This document shows, piece by piece, positions 62,258-64,000 of a stretch of 64,000 nucleotides of DNA. The notes beneath the pieces are model-generated. The model did not search any database, was not told the DNA's origin, and saw only the letters and a program-made list of their open reading frames with translations. The position numbers and the translations under genes were made by a program. This DNA comes from Sarea resinae. Taxonomy: Eukaryota. Each line of letters begins with the position of its first letter. The first letter of the stretch is position 1. The stretch covers positions 62,001 through 126,000 of the forward strand of contig JAPEUD010000007.1 of NCBI GenBank assembly GCA_026026165.1. The letters run 5' to 3'.

Positions 62258-64000
62258 ATGGAGTACTCCCCGGGGATGCCACATTCACGACACTCTCGGG
62301 TCGGCACTGGTAGCCTCTCGTCTGCCGTCTCGGACGATGACGACGAGGACAACCAAGTGAGCGAGCATGGCACTTCGCAGGTAGAAGCAAAGCCCGCCAG
62401 CCCTCCCCTGGATCTGCGCATACGCACACCACCACCGCCGCTGGTGCAGGAATGGTCGCAGGCGCGCAAAAGAGCTGTTGACAGCCATCATCGGCACATG
62501 CACAAACGACAGTCCGCCGACTCCGCCCAAGCAGCAGCACAGGTGTCTGTATCGGTCTCGGCGGATGGTAGCAGCAATGGTGTTGTTGTGTCCTTGCCCA
62601 CGATCCCTGGACTACCCACTGTCCCCGCTGTCCCTTCCTTCCCAAGTTTTTCCCCCCTGAGCGTTCCCGCGGTCCCTTCGTTGCTGTCCATACCCCCGGT
62701 GACTCTACCATCGGTACCGGCATACCCTTTTGCTACGTCTCTGGCATCTGCAGCTTCTGCTCAAGACAACAGCTCTTCTTCACTTTCGTCTGCTGTTGCA
62801 AGTTCAGCAGCCTCCACCACTGCTCCCGGCTTCTCATCCGTCGGTGGCACCAATTCCACGACGAGTTCAAGTAGCGCATGGAGTTCGTCCGGCTCCGGAT
62901 CGACGAGCTTGATATCCGCTTCGTCGAATTCTACCACATCTTCAGTCTCGACGACTTTGTCCAGTTCTTCCAATACGTCGTCTTCCAGTACAACCAGTTT
63001 GCTTTCATCTTCATCGACATCTTCGTCAATCTCTTCTTCGTCGATTTCTTCGTCGCTATCAAGTTCATCCAGTCACTCGTCCTCGACATCTCTCACGAGC
63101 ATCTCCAGCATTTCAAGTTCCACATCTAGCGCAGCTTCGAGTTCCGATTACAACGGTGTGTATGGAGGCTCCCCTACCTCTTCCACTGCCGCTCCTCCGG
63201 CAAGCTCGACGACCGCCGCGGGGGCCGGTGGAAGCAGAGATCAATCTCCCAGCTCGCCCAGCCAGCCCCATACCCCGGCAGTGGTCGGAGGGGTGGTAGG
63301 TGGAGTCGCCGGTCTGGCAGTCATCTTGGTCCTGGTCTTGTTCGCCCTGCGGTGGAAGAAGCAAAAGAACCGCTCGATGCAGCTCCTCTCCGAATCCGCC
63401 CACGAAAACAGCATCCAACCTCGAAGCAGCGCCGGCACCGCGAACCCCAACGACCTCTCGCAGGTGATGACGCAGCGATCGAGCCAAACGCCCATCGCCG
63501 CCGCCGCCGCCCTAGGTGCAGCCGGCTTCCTCAAACGGCTGCGACCAGCCTCGCAGCAGACGGCTACCACGACATCGGACACGGCTCCCAGCACCAGTCA
63601 GCGCGGCTTTGAGAATTTGGGCGGCAGGAAGTTGGCCTCGGAGTTTAGTCCTGGTGCGGTCCGTGGCGGTAGCGGCGGTCCGTTTGCGGGGTCCAATTAC
63701 AGCCGCGACAACCTCTCCGGCCACTCCTTTTACCGCGACGATCAAGGCTTCTACGGCGGCGGCGGCGGCTTGTCCGCTCGACCCGCTCATCCATCGTCGT
63801 CGTCGCCTCATCCACCGGCCTCGCCTTCGGCTCAGCAACATCCGCTACAGGACCAGCAAGCAAGATCGCCGACGTCCCCTTCTCCGATCGCCTCGAGCCC
63901 ACCCCTCTCGGACTACTCGGATGACCGAGACCCAAGACGCACGAGCGAATTCGCCGTCCTTCGGCCCAGTCCGGCCCGCACCCCGGTCACGTCACCGGGC
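62258..64000 (+). CDS. Ser/Thr-rich single-pass membrane protein (Mid2-like architecture), truncated by window end
   Basis: Frame read open from ATG 62258 with no stop found: long poly-Ser/Thr region, TM AVVGGVVGGVAGLAVILVLVLFAL followed by RWKKQK, cytoplasmic RGFENLGGRKL. Absent from the ORF track, consistent with no stop in the window. Start uncertain. Confidence 0.78.
   Translation, partial: MEYSPGMPHSRHSRVGTGSLSSAVSDDDDEDNQVSEHGTSQVEAKPASPPLDLRIRTPPPPLVQEWSQARKRAVDSHHRHMHKRQSADSAQAAAQVSVSVSADGSSNGVVVSLPTIPGLPTVPAVPSFPSFSPLSVPAVPSLLSIPPVTLPSVPAYPFATSLASAASAQDNSSSSLSSAVASSAASTTAPGFSSVGGTNSTTSSSSAWSSSGSGSTSLISASSNSTTSSVSTTLSSSSNTSSSSTTSLLSSSSTSSSISSSSISSSLSSSSSHSSSTSLTSISSISSSTSSAASSSDYNGVYGGSPTSSTAAPPASSTTAAGAGGSRDQSPSSPSQPHTPAVVGGVVGGVAGLAVILVLVLFALRWKKQKNRSMQLLSESAHENSIQPRSSAGTANPNDLSQVMTQRSSQTPIAAAAALGAAGFLKRLRPASQQTATTTSDTAPSTSQRGFENLGGRKLASEFSPGAVRGGSGGPFAGSNYSRDNLSGHSFYRDDQGFYGGGGGLSARPAHPSSSSPHPPASPSAQQHPLQDQQARSPTSPSPIASSPPLSDYSDDRDPRRTSEFAVLRPSPARTPVTSPG

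Overview
Eukaryotic, intron-rich, gene-dense DNA from a filamentous ascomycete (Pezizomycotina-type GT-AG introns mostly 50-110 nt with CTRAY branch sites). About 19 protein-coding genes can be assembled by hand: a hypothetical protein, an UNC-93-like MFS transporter, STB3, TOP3, a DUF1295 reductase-like protein, the m-AAA protease (AFG3/YTA12), an AtrR-type Zn2Cys6 factor, an alpha/beta hydrolase, the divergent PAM18/RLP24 pair, a GRGGAGN-repeat (DUF3602-like) protein, a C2H2 protein, a Nudix hydrolase, an unrecognised membrane protein built from tandemly duplicated exons, a SnoaL/NTF2-like protein, a DUF4149/TMEM205-like protein, KU80, a GPI-anchored wall protein, a protoglobin-type globin and a lipase-like hydrolase. 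A Ser/Thr-rich single-pass membrane protein runs off the right end. No tRNA, rRNA, intact transposon or CRISPR array was seen. I cannot demonstrate a new multi-gene system. The best leads are the symmetric phase-0 tandem exon array, a globin whose membrane tail anchor sits on a separate exon missed by the ORF track, an intron splitting a start codon, a GC-AG intron, candidate AtrR response elements, and dense GTAC clusters in promoters. All gene models and family calls are by eye and from recalled motifs; no database search was run.
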